A stretch of DNA of 64,000 nucleotides, from NCBI RefSeq assembly GCF_006345805.1, contig NC_043017.1, positions 10,540,001-10,604,000 of the forward strand, written 5' to 3'. This stretch comes from Octopus sinensis. Taxonomy: Eukaryota. Position numbers and translations under genes: made by a program. Below the pieces are notes generated by a model, which worked only from the letters and a program-made list of their open reading frames with translations, did no database searches and had not been told where the DNA came from. Shown here piece by piece: positions 51,384 to 64,000 of this stretch (position 1 is its first letter; each line of letters begins with the position of its first letter).

Positions 51384-53361
51384 CATACATACATGTATGT
51401 ATATATATATATATATTATATATATATATATACATACATACATGTATCTGTCTGGAAGTTTGCATCAGTGCTGTTACCCGTTGAATTTGTCTTCTGTGAG
51501 TCAAACCTTAACAAATAAGGTTCCTTGTGAAAAATTTAAGCATAAAAATATCATGGAAAGTAATGGTTAACATTTTTTTTTTCTTGTTTTTATTTTAAAC
51601 CGAATTTTACGAGAGAACTTCATTGCAGGAGTGAAGTTGCGGGAAAGAGAGGTTGAGAGATAATCCCTCTCAAAAAAAAAAACAAAAAAAAACACTCTTA
51701 TTTGTAGAGAGAATTATTTTAATATAATTATGGAAAGAAAAACGCATACAAAAAAAAATTGTTTTCAAAGAAAATTTTGAGAAAATTAAAAAAAAAAATT
51801 CAAATATCTGCAAAAAAAAACAATAAAAAATCGAAACTGATTGACTGAAAATAAATGTTTGTAGAGAGAAATTTAGATATATTTTGGAGATTTTTCTGCT
51901 GAATAATTTTAAACCATTTTTCAAGCAGAGCGCTTATAATTTGAAATATTCTTTAGAAACAGTTTATTGGTTGTTTTTTCACAAGAAATCTGTGGAGAAA
52001 AATAAAACAAACGAAAGACAGAAAATATTAATCGTGAGGCTCTTTTGGAAGAGAAGAATATGTTACAGTGAAGAATAACTTCTTTAACATAAAAAAAAAA
52101 AATTGAGAAAAATGAGGACGAATTTAATTACACCGAAGTTGGAATAAAATATTTTAGTTTCTCTTTTTTTTTTTAAAAAAAAAAACTTTACTTTCAAGGG
52201 AAATAACTTTAAAATACTATTTACTATTTTTACTATTATCTCCCTTGATTGCTCATAACCCATTCGCGACATTCCCACGTGTTTGTAGAAGACAGCCTGG
52301 ACATTTCTGAAGACTTTTGCAGCATTTTCTACTGTAGGCCAAATATTTTTCTTTCTTTTAACCTAATTCTATTACTAACACTTCATATACTGTACATGTT
52401 TCTTAATTTTTAACGGAAAGAAGAAAAACAAATTAACAAGAAATTATTACGAATATCGGTTGTTTTCCAGTATTTCACCTCACACACCATTATATCATAT
52501 ACAACATATTTATTTATATACTAATAATAATGATAATAATAATAATAAATTTAAGTATATATTTATCTCTCGTCATTCCCTGCTCTCATGAATTTTTCTT
52601 CTCCAGCGTTAAATGCCTTCAACAACACAGAAACGGAACAATTATTCCGTTTCTGTGTTTGGTTTGCAAAATTCTTGATGTGAACTCGTGTGCTGAAACA
52701 GATCTTGGGCTTCCGTATACATACACACATACATGCATACATATACACATACACCGAGTAAAAAATTTCAGTTATCTCTTTCTTTCACACATTACTCTGT
52801 CTCTTCACACACACTAACAGAAGCACTTCACTTACACAACATACTGTCTGTCTCCCACACCCCATCAAACACACACACACACATGTACATCAATGCTTGT
52901 CATGCACGGTAACTTCAAAAGAACTTCCCTCGTCATACAATCGCTTTCTCTTAGTCTCTTTCGCTCTCATTACTTCAAAAGTTCCCGCAAGCCCATATGT
53001 AAAAAAAAAAAATTTTTTTACGGAAATCGACGGAAAGGTCTACTAGAGACGAAAGATCGCCAGATCTTGTTTTATCTCAGGTGGGTCGTTATGCCAATAA
53101 TAAACACACCTACTAGTTCTGTTTCACATTTTTATCATTATTAGTCAAATGGTTAACCGTTTAACCAACTGACTGAATAATAAGAATCATAATACATGTT
53201 AAATAGAAGCGGTGCGCCTGTCTATTATTGGATGTTTCTCCCGAAATATCAGCTAAATAATGAAACATGTTTTCTTTTCTCATTCTCTAAACCTAAAAGA
53301 AGAACCTGCAGTGTCCTTCCTTGTAAAATTATAGTGAAAATGTTTATCTTATCATATTGAG

Positions 53362-53758
53362 TTTGGCTGTGTGGTAAGTAGCTTGCTTAACAACAACATG
53401 GTTTCGGGTTCAGTCCCACTGCGTGGCATCTTGGGCAAGTGTCTTCTGCTATAGCCCCGGGCCGACCAATGCCTTGTGAGTGGATTTGGTAGACGGAAAC
53501 TGAAAGAAGCCTATCGTATATATGTATATATACATATATATATATATGTGTGTGTGTGTGTGTTTGTCCCCCTAGCATTGTTTGACAAGCGATGCTGGTG
53601 TGTTTACGTCCCCGTAACTTAGCGGTTCGGCAAAAGAGACTGATAGAATAAGTACTGGGCTTACAAAGAATAAGTCCCGGGGTCGATTTGCTCGACTAAA
53701 GGCGGTGCTCTAGCATGGCCGCAGTCAAATGACTGAAACAAGTAAAAGAGTAAAGAGT
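53362..53758 (+). mobile_element. SINE family A
   Basis: Homologous to 5334-5746. Confidence 0.9.
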
Positions 53759-54394
53759 ATACATGCACATGTATACACACACACATGTATTCAATGGTTT
53801 CCCGTCTATTGTGGCACTTAAAACAATATATGCCATTCATCAGACAATATTGCTGAGTGCCACAATAGACGTGAAAGCAATGGTCACTTACTGACCAACG
53901 ACTACATAATATATTATTCCTCAGAAAGAAATGTTTTAGAGTATGCTTTTCCCGGACATACGGACAACTAACTGATATGTGTGTCTACGTGTGCGTGCTA
54001 TATGTATGTTTATATCTTTATTGCCCACAGTGGGGTAAACATAGAGGGGACAAACAAAGACAGACAAAGGGATTAAGTCGATTACATCGACTCCAGTGCA
54101 TAACTGGTACTTATTTGATCGATCCCGAAAGGATGAAAGGCAAAGTCGACCTCGGCGCTATAATTATGTATTTGTGTGCGCATATATATATATCATCATC
54201 ATTATCATTTAACGTCTGTTCTCCATGCTGGCATGGGTTGGACGGTTCGACCGGGGATCTGGCAAGCTAGAAGGCTGCACCAGGCTCCGGTCTTATCTGG
54301 CAATGTTTCTTCAGCTGGATGCCCTTCCTAACGCCAACCACTCCGTGAGTGTAGTGGGTGCTTTTTACGTGCCAGGCGAGGCTGGCATATATAT

Positions 54395-54590
54395 ATATAT
54401 ATAAAGTTAATCCAAACAAGAAAGCACAAAAAAACACAACAACGCGAGGACGTGGAACAAATATAGTATTATTGGACGCCCAGGAAAGAAGGAGGGTTTA
54501 ATGTTTCGAGCGGAGCTCTTCGTCGGAAACAAAGGAGAAGGGAAGACAGAGGAAAAAAAATCGCCAACGGTACACACGCGGTCATATATA
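54395..54590 (-). mobile_element. Short repeat family D, second copy
   Basis: Reverse complement of 7745-7960; hammerhead-like fold at 54496-54530. Confidence 0.75.
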
Positions 54591-54769
54591 TATGCTTGTG
54601 TACGTTTATGTATATATCCATGTGTGTACGTATATATAGGCAATGAAAGATCGCTATATATATATAATATTAAATGACACAAGTATGGAGATTTATAGTC
54701 AGGACTCCACGTGTCCATACCAACGATATGATGATTGTTGCACATCTTCATCTGTCGTAATCTCGCTGC

Positions 54770-55640
54770 TTGTGGAACCATCAATTACGGTCTTATGCTT
54801 CTTGTATCTTTGACACCTAACTCTCCATCCTTGTGTCTGCCCTAAGGGATGTCACAGAGAGCTGCCTGGCTTTCTCCTCGGTTTCCAACCGCACCTCTAC
54901 CGTTGTGTACTTCGTCCCCCTGGCAAGGTATGGTAACGTCCTGCCAGATGGACTTTAATACCATTTCCACCTGTTGCCTTGTTGCAACCTCATTCTTTTT
55001 AGTTTCAAATTGTACTTTCTGTACACAATTGTCTTTAACGTTGTAGCTCTTGTAACTTCGCTAGGAGGGGGTCACCTTAACCTCGTACCCCTCTCATATT
55101 TCTTTATTGCCCACAAGGCGCTAAACACAGAGAGGACAAACAAGGACAGACAAACGGATTAAGTCGATTATATCGACCCCAGTGCGTAACTGGTACTTAA
55201 TTTATCGACCCCGAAAGGATGAAAGGCAAAGTCGACCTCGGTGGAATTTGAACTCAGAACGTAACGTCAGACGAAATACCGTTAAGCATTTCACCCGGCA
55301 TGCTAACGTTTCTCGTACCCCTCTCTTATTAAATCCTTGCACTTCACCATCTCCCGCCTCCCAAAACGGATTTCTTCTTTTGAAACTCCGGCTGCAGCTG
55401 CATAACTCATCTTTTCTTTTACAATATTTTCATCACCTTCCAGCTTCCTTTCCGTACTGTCAATACATTTTAACAGCTCCGACAAAGACGATTCCATGTC
55501 GAACGAACTTATACTTTCGTACTTCATGCTCGAAAACAAATGCAGCGCTCCCCCTTTCAAGCAAGGGGGAAAACGTTAGCAGTACTGTCGCACGGCAGCA
55601 AAACAAAGTGTTTTAACAACACACAAAAATAACAATGTTC
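54770..55640 (-). mobile_element. LINE ORF1-like remnant interrupted by a family C SINE
   Basis: ...KEKMSYAAAAG...KDLIREGYE continues across the SINE into decayed RRM-like text (RGTKYTTVEVRLETEEKARQLS); SYA.A is typical of LINE ORF1/gag-like proteins. Confidence 0.5.
55096..55311 (-). mobile_element. Family C SINE with 14-bp target-site duplication
   Basis: CTCGTACCCCTCTC at 55082-55095 and 55312-55325. Confidence 0.9.
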
Positions 55641-55667
55641 AACAGTAAATTAACGCTAACAAGCTAT

Positions 55668-56017
55668 ACGGAGTGGCTGTGTGGTAAGTAGCTTGCTAAC
55701 CAACCACATGGTTCCGGGTTCAGTCCCACTGTGTGGCACCTTGGGCAAGTGTCTTCTACTATAGCCTCGGGCCGACCAATGCCTTGTGAGTGGATTTGGT
55801 AGACGGAAACTGAAAGAAGCCTGTCGTATATGTGTATGTTTGTGTGTTGTATTTGCCCTCCTCCCCTAACATCGCTTGACAACCGTAACTTAGCAGTTTG
55901 GCAAAAGAGACTGATAGAATAAGTTCTAGGCTTACAAGGAATAAGTCGTGGGGTCAATTTGCTCAACTAAAGGCGGTGCTCCAGCATGGCCGCAGTCAAA
56001 TGACTGAAACAAGTAAA
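55668..56017 (+). mobile_element. SINE family A
   Basis: Homologous to 5334-5746 with an internal deletion. Confidence 0.85.
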
Positions 56018-56609
56018 TGAAATGAATAAATGAACGATAACCAATTCAATGAGAGGAGAGAGAGAGAGTGATGGAATCAATTGTGCGTCCTCGTTTATTT
56101 TAATTGCAATATCAGCGTTTAACGTCCGTTTTCCATGCTGGCATGGGTTGGACGGTTTGACTGAGGTCTGGAAAGCTAGGAGCTGCACCAGGCTCCAGTC
56201 TGATCTGGCAATGTTTCTACTGCTGGATGCCCTTCCTAATGCTAACCATTCTGAGAGTGTAGTGTGTGCTTTTCACATGCCACCAGCACAGGATCCAGTC
56301 AGGTGGCCCTGGCATTGATCACGTTTAGATAGTGCTTTTTTGAGTGCCAGGTACGGGAGCCAGTCAAGAGGCACTGGCATGGGCCATGTTCGGATGATGC
56401 TTTTTATGTGCCACCGGCACAGGGACCAGTCAGGTGGACCTGGCGTCAACCACATTCGGATGATCTGCCGTGTGACTAGCGGTTTTTAATTAATTAAACA
56501 AACACAGTATTTGTTATGTATTAATTAGTTCAAATCATGACATATATATGCACGTCGGGCTTCTTTCAGTTTCCATCCACTGAAAAGAATATTGTCAGCC
56601 TTAAGCCAG

Positions 56610-58262
56610 ATTAGTTATGTTTAGTAAAAAAGTAACTTATTTACCTAAGTTTTACCTTCAAAAATAGTCACATTGCCCAACAATACATGACCCCCCCCCC
56701 CACTGTTCCTGTCACTTGGAATCTGGCCTAGAAGTAGTCTGAGTTGCGGACCTTCTGCAGTTCACTCTTGATCTCAACAACGGTTTTAAAAGGGTGACCT
56801 TTGAACTACATTTTCATCTTGGAGAAGAGATTGAAGTCTGCAGGAGCTAAATCTGGCGAATAGGTGGTAGTGGAAGCGATACCATGTTAATTTTGGCGAG
56901 ACACACACGAGAGAGGAGAATTTGGTGACAAGGTGTCATCACGAAGAATGCAATTCTTCACGCTCCACAGATCCGGTCGCTTTCTCCAAATGTCCTCCCT
57001 CAAACATTTCAAAACATTGAAGTAAAACTCTCGATTGACAGTTTGGTCCTGGAGGACGAATTCTCAATGCAAAATATCGTGCATATGCTCTTTTACTTGT
57101 TTCAGTCATGTGACTGTGGCCATGCTGGAGCACCGCCTTTAGTCGATCAAATCGACCCCATGACTTATTCTTTGTAAGCCTAGTACATATTTTATTGGTC
57201 TCTTTTTTTTGCCGAACCGCTAAGTTACGGGGACGTAAACACACCAGCATCGATTGTCAAGCGATGTTGGGAGGGACAAACTCACACATACATATATATA
57301 CGATGGGCTTCTTTCAGTTTCCGCCTCCCAAATCCACTCACAAGGCTTTGGTCGGCCCAAGGCTATAGTAGAAGACACTTACCCAAGGTGCCACGCAGTG
57401 GGACTGAACCCAGAACCATGTGGCTCATAAGCAAGCTACTTACCACACAGCCACTCCTACGCCTATAAAAAAAAATAAATGGAAGCGATGAGCATACTCT
57501 TGATTGAGTTGCATCTGTCGTGCCATCTTTGGTCGTAGAGATGAAGGCCCTCTTCTACTGTGACGACTGCTGATTTGTCTCAGGGTCGTACCCGTAAACC
57601 CAACCTTCGTCACCCGTGATGATCCTCCACATGAAGGATGGGTCGTCAGTGGCACGCTGATGGAGATCTTGACAGACTTCGATGCGATGTTCGTTCTGCT
57701 CAGTGGTCTGCAGACGTGGGACAAACTTGGCAGAGACACGCCGCCTGTTCAATTCAGACATTAGGATTACCTGCATGGACGCCTATGACAGACCAACAAC
57801 ATCAGCAATGTCATTGATTATCCTTCAATGATCCTCCTGCACAAGACGTTGAATTTTCTCAACATTTCCAGAAGTGATGCTCAGAGCAGATCGCTCATCC
57901 TCTTCCGGTGACGTTCACCCTCTTTTGAGACGCCTGTGCCACTCGAAACATTGTGTGTGACCCACTGCCTCATTGCCAAAACATGTTCAATGTCTCTGTA
58001 GCAGACTTCCCAAGTTTAACGCAAAATTTCAAGTTGGCACTTTGTTCCAACTTCTTTTCCATGACAAAATCGCACCCTACAGCAAACACGTGATCACAAA
58101 GACACAAATTTCACAACCTGCAAAGAAAAAAACAGTGATGTTACTCACCACACTGCCTTATGAAGGTCACTGCTTGTTCTCACTGCGCATGCAACTATGT
58201 GCTGCCATCTGTTGGTGTGCTACAGATCTAGTTGGGGTACTTTGTGATATCAACTCGTGTAT
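56610..58262 (-). mobile_element. Decayed mariner (DD34D-type) transposon, split by a SINE
   Basis: Minus-strand remnants in order: NLKFCVKLGKSATET (HTH), SAKFVPRL, ITGDEGWVYGYDPE, EFVLQDQTVNREFY, RKRPDLW..LRDD, YSPDLAPADF (56842-56862), GDYFEG-like end; TIR-like TACACGAGTTGATATCACAAAGTACC at about 58236-58261. Confidence 0.85.
57088..57463 (-). mobile_element. SINE family A nested in the mariner catalytic domain
   Basis: Homologous to 5334-5746; transposase text resumes on both sides. Confidence 0.9.
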
Positions 58263-58267
58263 GCATG

Positions 58268-58309
<42 letters not shown>

Positions 58310-58659
58310 TGTATTTCGTTTCTGTACTTGGCTTGCAAGATTCTTGATGTGAGATTGTGTGTTGAAATAGATTTTGTTTTATCTAGAGATCATTATGTCA
58401 ATAATAAACACACACACACTGGTTTAATTTCACTTCTTTTATTCTTATTAATCATCTAGTTAACTGTTTAACCAATGAAGTAATCAATTGTGTGATTAGT
58501 CATTTAGTTAATTAATCAGTTATGTTTGTGCCAAAGCCCTTTCTTTTCCATTTGTAACCCCTTCAATGACATGCCCTCTCCACTCCAGGCCTCCCTGATG
58601 AATGATAAAGATATACATATACACACATATACGTACACACACACACATACATGCACACA

Positions 58660-58960
58660 TACACATCCATATATACATACATACATACACATCCCACCTA
58701 TACCCACACCCCACCCTTGCTTTCCCCACTCTTGACTCCTCCACATCCCAACACCACCACACCACATCACACCTACATACATGCTCTCATATACACACAC
58801 CTTCCTTTTAGGATCACAACTACTTTATTATCTCCCCTTATTCCTAGCTCTCCTGTGTGAACCCCCCCCCATTTGCAATGATAGATCACTAGCCACTACA
58901 CATTCTTTATTTTCTCTCCTTGTTTCTTTCTGTAGAAGAGCGTAGGCTTGAAACGTTACA
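58660..58960 (+). mobile_element. Short repeat family E with hammerhead-like fold (3' truncated)
   Basis: Shares CCTTGCTTTCCCCAC and TTTTCTCTCCTTGTTTCTTTCTGT.GAAGAGC with 59555-59815. Confidence 0.7.
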
Positions 58961-59168
58961 TATATATATTATATAACTATTGTACACCTACATACACACG
59001 CATACACATACATACATCTCCATACACATTCAAGCATATACTTATTTATACATGCATATACATACATACATACACATACATACACATGCATATACATACA
59101 TACATACATATACATACACATACATACTTACATATTCCTACATACACATATACGGAGATATATATATA

Positions 59169-59460
59169 TCATCATCATTTAAGGTTTGCTTTCCATGCTA
59201 GCATGGGTTGGACGGTTTGATTGAGGACTCGTAAGCCAGAAGGCTGCACCAGGCTCCAATCTGAGCGAGGGTCGTTGCCAGTGCTGCTGGACTGGCTCCT
59301 GTGAAGGCAGCATGTAAAAAAACACCATTTGAGCATGACTATTGCCAGTACCACACTACACTCTCGGAGTGGTTGGCATTAGGAAGGGCATCCAGCTATA
59401 GAAACTCTGCCAGATCAGACTGGAGCCTGGTGCAGCCATCTCGTTCGCCAGTCCTCAGTC
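59169..59460. mobile_element. Divergent fused pair of family B fragments (inverted repeat)
   Basis: GGCTGCACCAGGCTCCAATCTGA (near 59241) pairs with TCAGACTGGAGCCTGGTGCAGCC (near 59416). Confidence 0.75.
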
Positions 59461-59554
59461 TTATATGCACATATATACATACATATTCATACACATATAT
59501 ACACATTCACACACACATACACTCATACATGTATATATATTAGACAGATACACA

Positions 59555-59815
59555 CGTATATACACATCCTACGCCCACTCTGACATACTCCACCCTTGCT
59601 TTCCCCACGTCCCAGCACCCACACACGTGAAGGCCACCAGCCTTCTTCCACACACACTATTTTCTCTCCTTGTTTCTTTCTGTGGAAGAGCATAGGCTCG
59701 AAACATTAAAGACTTTTTCACTTCCCAAGCGTTAAACTAATCCATCTGTTTGTCTACACCACCTGTCTTCATCTTTTGGTTTTTTGTGAATTCTCCCTAT
59801 ATATATATACACAAA
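59555..59815 (+). mobile_element. Short repeat family E, second copy, ending in (TA)n
   Basis: TCTTT-CTGTGGA-A-GAGC-ATAG-GCTC-GAAAC-AT-T-AAAGA at 59675-59712. Confidence 0.7.
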
Positions 59816-59839
59816 CATAAGCAGACGTTAAATGATGAT

Positions 59840-61615
59840 ATACATACAGACACACATATGTATACATACATACAGACACACATACGTACACACACACGTA
59901 TACATACACACACACACGTATACACACACACACACGCATACGTATACACACACACACACACGTATACATACACACACACACGTATACATACACACACACA
60001 CACACACACACACACGTATACATACACACACACATACGTATACACACACACATACATACGTATACACACACACACATACGTATACACACACACACACGTA
60101 TACACACACACACACCACGTATACACACACACACACGTATACATACACACACACACACGTATACACCACACACACGTATACATACACACACGTATACATA
60201 CACACACACACACACACGTATACACACATACGTATACACACACACACACATACGTATACACACACACACACGTATACACACACACAACACGTACACACAC
60301 ACACACGTATACTACACATACGTATACACACACACACACACACATACGTATACACACACACACACACACACACGTATACACACACACACATAGTATACAC
60401 ACACATACGTATACACACACACGATACATACACACACACACACACATACATAAGTATACACACACATACGTATACATATACACACACACACACGTATACA
60501 CACACACGCATACGTACACACACACACACATACATACATAAGTATACACACACACACACACGTATACACACACACACGTATACATACACACACGTATACA
60601 TACACACACACACGTATACATACACACACACATACGTATACACACACACATACATACGTATACACACACACACACGTATACACACACACATACGTATACA
60701 CACACACACACACACATACGTATACACACACACACACACATAAGTATACACACACACACATACCTACATAAGTATACACACACATACGTATACACACACA
60801 CGTATACATACACACACACACATACATAAGTATACACACACATACGTATACATATACACACACACACACGTATACACACACACGCATACGTATACACACA
60901 CACACATACATACATAAGTATACACACACACACACACGTATACACACACATACGTATACACACACATACGTATACACACACACACACACACATACGTATA
61001 CACACACATACGTATACATATACACACACACACATACATACATAAGTATACACACACACACGTATACACACACACACACGTATACACACACACACACGTA
61101 TACACACACACACATACGTATACACACACACACATACGTATACACACACACACATACGTATACACACACACACACACGTATACATACACACACACGTATA
61201 CATACGCACACACGTATACATACGCACACACACGTATACATACGCACACACACGTATACATACGCACACACACGTATACATACGCACACACGTATACATA
61301 CACGCACACACACGTATACATACACGCACACACACGTATACATACACGCACACACACACGTATACATACACGCACACACACGTATACATACACACACACA
61401 CACGTATACATACACGCACACACACGTATACATACACGCACACACGTATACATACACACACACACACACACACGTATACATACGCATACGTATACACACA
61501 TATACATACGCACACACACGTATACATACACGCACACACACGTATACATACACGCACACACATACGTATACATACACACACACACATACGTATACACACA
61601 CACACACGTGTATAT
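59840..61615. repeat. 1.8-kb compound (CA)n/CGTATA satellite
   Basis: Direct inspection; produces the 260-600 aa V/C/Y/M and H/T/Y ORFs. Confidence 0.97.
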
Positions 61616-61659
61616 ACATTGAAATATAACTATATAGGTAGGAGAGAGAAATAAGATTG

Positions 61660-61695
61660 TTTATTGTGTTATAGAATAGTTTATTCATATTTATT
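61660..61695 (-). promoter_or_regulatory. Clustered AATAAA polyadenylation signals of LTN1
   Basis: TTTATT on + at 61660, 61680 and 61690, 165-200 nt past the stop, followed on - by a long TG-rich tract. Confidence 0.6.
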
Positions 61696-61857
61696 TACAA
61701 ACAAAACAATTTCTGACCAAATACAACTTGGACTCTTCTGGTTCATTGCAGCATCTGTTCAGTTTCTCATTAACTGTTCAGCTCTGGACCAACGTTCATC
61801 GGTGTTTCACAAGATCATATAGAGGGGGGCGGGGTGCTGGTTTGGTTGACGAGGGGT

Positions 61858-61932
61858 TCAGTGCCGTTGCAGGACGAATGCTGTACGACATAAGGGACAA
61901 CTCGAGTTCTGACTTTCCGTAAACCATTTGTA
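61858..61932 (-). CDS. LTN1: Listerin E3 ubiquitin ligase, last coding exon (RING C-terminal half)
   Basis: Acceptor TTTCAG (+ strand CT at 61933-34); YKWFTESQNSSCPLCRTAFVLQRH*; compare listerin YKWFTSSNKSTCPLCR. Confidence 0.93.
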   Translation of the reverse strand, partial: YKWFTESQNSSCPLCRTAFVLQRH

Positions 61933-62170
61933 CTGAAATACAAAACAGAAAGAAAACATTTTCAACAGAGATCAGAATTAGGATTGCAGTAGGCACAGGC
62001 ATGGCTGTGTGGTTAAGAAGCTCCCTTCCCAACCACATGTTTTCAGGTTCCAGCGCCACTGCATGGCTTCTATCAAAGCCCAAGGCTAACCAAAGCCTTG
62101 TGGGTGGATTTGGTAGAAGGAAACTGAAAGAAGCCTGTCGTGTGTGTTTAGTAGATAAAAACAAAAAGTC

Positions 62171-62202
<32 letters not shown>

Positions 62203-62206
62203 CATA

Positions 62207-62545
62207 GGCGCAGGAGTGGCTGTGTAGTAAGTAGCTTGCTAACCAACCACATGGTTCCAGGTTCAGTCCCACTGCGTGGCACCTTGGGCAAGTGTCTTCT
62301 ACTATAGCCTCGGGCCGACCAAAGCCTAGAGTGGATTTGGTAGACGGAAACTGAAAGAAGCCCGTGGGTATATGTCTGTGTTTGTCCCCCTAGCATTGCT
62401 TGACAACCGATGCTGGTGCATTTACGTCCCTGTCACTTAGCGGTTCGGCAAAAGAGACTGATAGAATAAGTCCCTGGGTCGAGTTGCACAACTAAAGGCG
62501 GCGCTCCAGCATGGCCGCAGTCAAATGACTGAAACAAGTAAAAGA
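62207..62545 (+). mobile_element. SINE family A in the last LTN1 intron
   Basis: Homologous to 5334-5746. Confidence 0.9.
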
Positions 62546-62732
62546 TATATACACACACATGATTGTGCATGCATGTGATGTTTCTGCCCCCTCCTCCTCC
62601 CAATGACAACCTGTGTTGGTTTGTCTACATCCCATCCCCATATTTAGCAGTTATGGCCACAGTCCAGTGATTGAAACAAAAGACTCACATACACAAAAGT
62701 GTTTAATCATAGAAATATACTGATCAACTCAC

Positions 62733-62900
62733 CAGACAAATGGAATGGAACTTCTTGTGGCAGGTCTTACATTGTTTCTGTGGGAGATGGTAGTCGGTGC
62801 CATGGACGACACAGTAGCAGATGGTACATTCTTCAACTCCTTCAAATTTCTTGTCAATATATCGTTTCCACAGACACAGGCCATCCATGATATTGCCGTT
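62733..62900 (-). CDS. LTN1: Listerin E3 ubiquitin ligase, penultimate coding exon (end of RWD region plus RING N-terminal half)
   Basis: Acceptor GACAG, 168 nt, donor GTGAGT; [56 protein letters not shown] matches listerin NGSI.EGL.LWK.NVDK.FEGVE.C.IC; with the next exon it completes the C4HC3 RING. Confidence 0.95.
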
Positions 62901-64000
62901 CTGTCAGGGTATAAAAGTAGCAAGGATGAGTTTGTGTAGATGTAGGTGGATGGGATGAGATTAGAGAAGGGCCAGATTAAGACCCATAGAGGCCCTAAGC
63001 ACTGAAAAGAATTTGGTGCCCTTATATAAATATAATAAACCATAAAATAAATTTCTATTTTTCAAAATTAAACAAAAATAACAGTAAGATGGAAAATAAT
63101 ATTTTGACACCATGAATACTTTGAAATTATATTTCTGATCAGACAAACCACTTTGAATATTATTTTAGCAAAGTTTAAGGAAAGATGGAGAATAATGTTT
63201 ATTTTTATGTATACTTCCACCTGATTTATTTTTGAAAAGTTTCTTTTTCTTTAATTATAAATTCTTGGATCAGATCCTCACTTATGACACTATGAACACT
63301 TCCAAATTATATTTCCAATCATATAAACCAATTGGAATATTATTTTAGTGAGTTTAAAGGGATTTCTTTTGTGCTGTAAACCATTTACCATTTTTGTGGT
63401 GACCCCCCACCCCCACCCCCTTCCTTTGATGCTCTGAGCACTTGCTTATTTTGCTTTATGCTTAAACCAGTGCTGGGTTCGGATTAATTACAGATGGTCT
63501 GTGGTGTCATAATAAAGTTGTTTAGAAATAATAGAGTAATAGTAGTGGTGATAATAAATGGCCATAATGGTTGTTTCTTAACCACATGGTCTTAGGTTCA
63601 GTCCCATTGCATGGCACCTTGGGCAAGTGTCTTCCTCCATAGCCCTGAGCTGACCAAAGCTGTAAGTGGATATGGCAGATGGAAACAAGAAAAACACATG
63701 TGTGTGTGTGTGTGTGTCACTGTTATACAGTGTCAATCATTTCCAATGTGCCATGAAAACATGTCAGGTCATCCAGCAGCAGAAAATCTCAAAATTCTAT
63801 CTGACCCATGCATGCGTAGAAAAGCAGACAAAATGATTATATATAATATATATATATAAGGCATGTGCCTTATATATAAGGCATGTGCCGTCAGCTGGTG
63901 ATCTTTATATAGTAAAAGACACAAAAAAATAAGTAAAGCACAGGCACATGACTGAGTTGAAGGCGGATTTACTTCTACTTTTATAACATATAAAGAAAAC

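Noticed and set aside
51540-52250. Homopolymer-rich AT block
   Set aside because: No periodicity or ORF that I can support; it may be low-complexity or low-quality sequence.
59750-61688. Very long ORFs (263-602 aa) on both strands
   Set aside because: Translations of a (CA)n/CGTATA satellite; they lack stops only because of repeat composition.
63844-63890. TATATAAGGCA-TG-TGCCTTATATA palindrome with a repeated arm
   Set aside because: Short, partly TA-derived, and explained by local slippage in an LTN1 intron.

Overview
Eukaryotic, AT-rich DNA dense in microsatellites and SINEs. The repeat landscape looks like an Octopus-type cephalopod genome; this is an inference, not a lookup. Two host genes lie tail-to-tail. 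(1) On +, a FTZ-F1/NR5A nuclear receptor with six coding exons: 16905-17033, 28421-28561, 29872-30605, 36280-36384, 38459-38612 and 40605-40852. All junctions are GT-AG and phase-compatible, giving 499 aa from ATG 16916; an upstream exon is likely. (2) On -, the last two coding exons of the listerin E3 ligase LTN1: 62733-62900 and 61858-61932, with a C4HC3 RING. The LTN1 exons and NR5A exon 36280-36384 do not appear in their coding frames in the ORF track. Almost all other listed ORFs are microsatellite or SINE artefacts. The rest is nested mobile DNA: several SINE families, mariner and Tc1-type fossils, Helitron-like and hAT/piggyBac-type MITEs, CR1 and LINE-ORF1 remnants, a decayed Penelope-like retroelement, and several fold-backs. 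The most unusual signal is a set of minimal type-I hammerhead-ribozyme-like folds. They occur in two short repeat families with co-varying stems (7822, 54496; 58925, 59675), as a head-to-head palindromic pair (15229-15312) and as a single copy (35902-35947), in the same window as the Penelope-like fossil.
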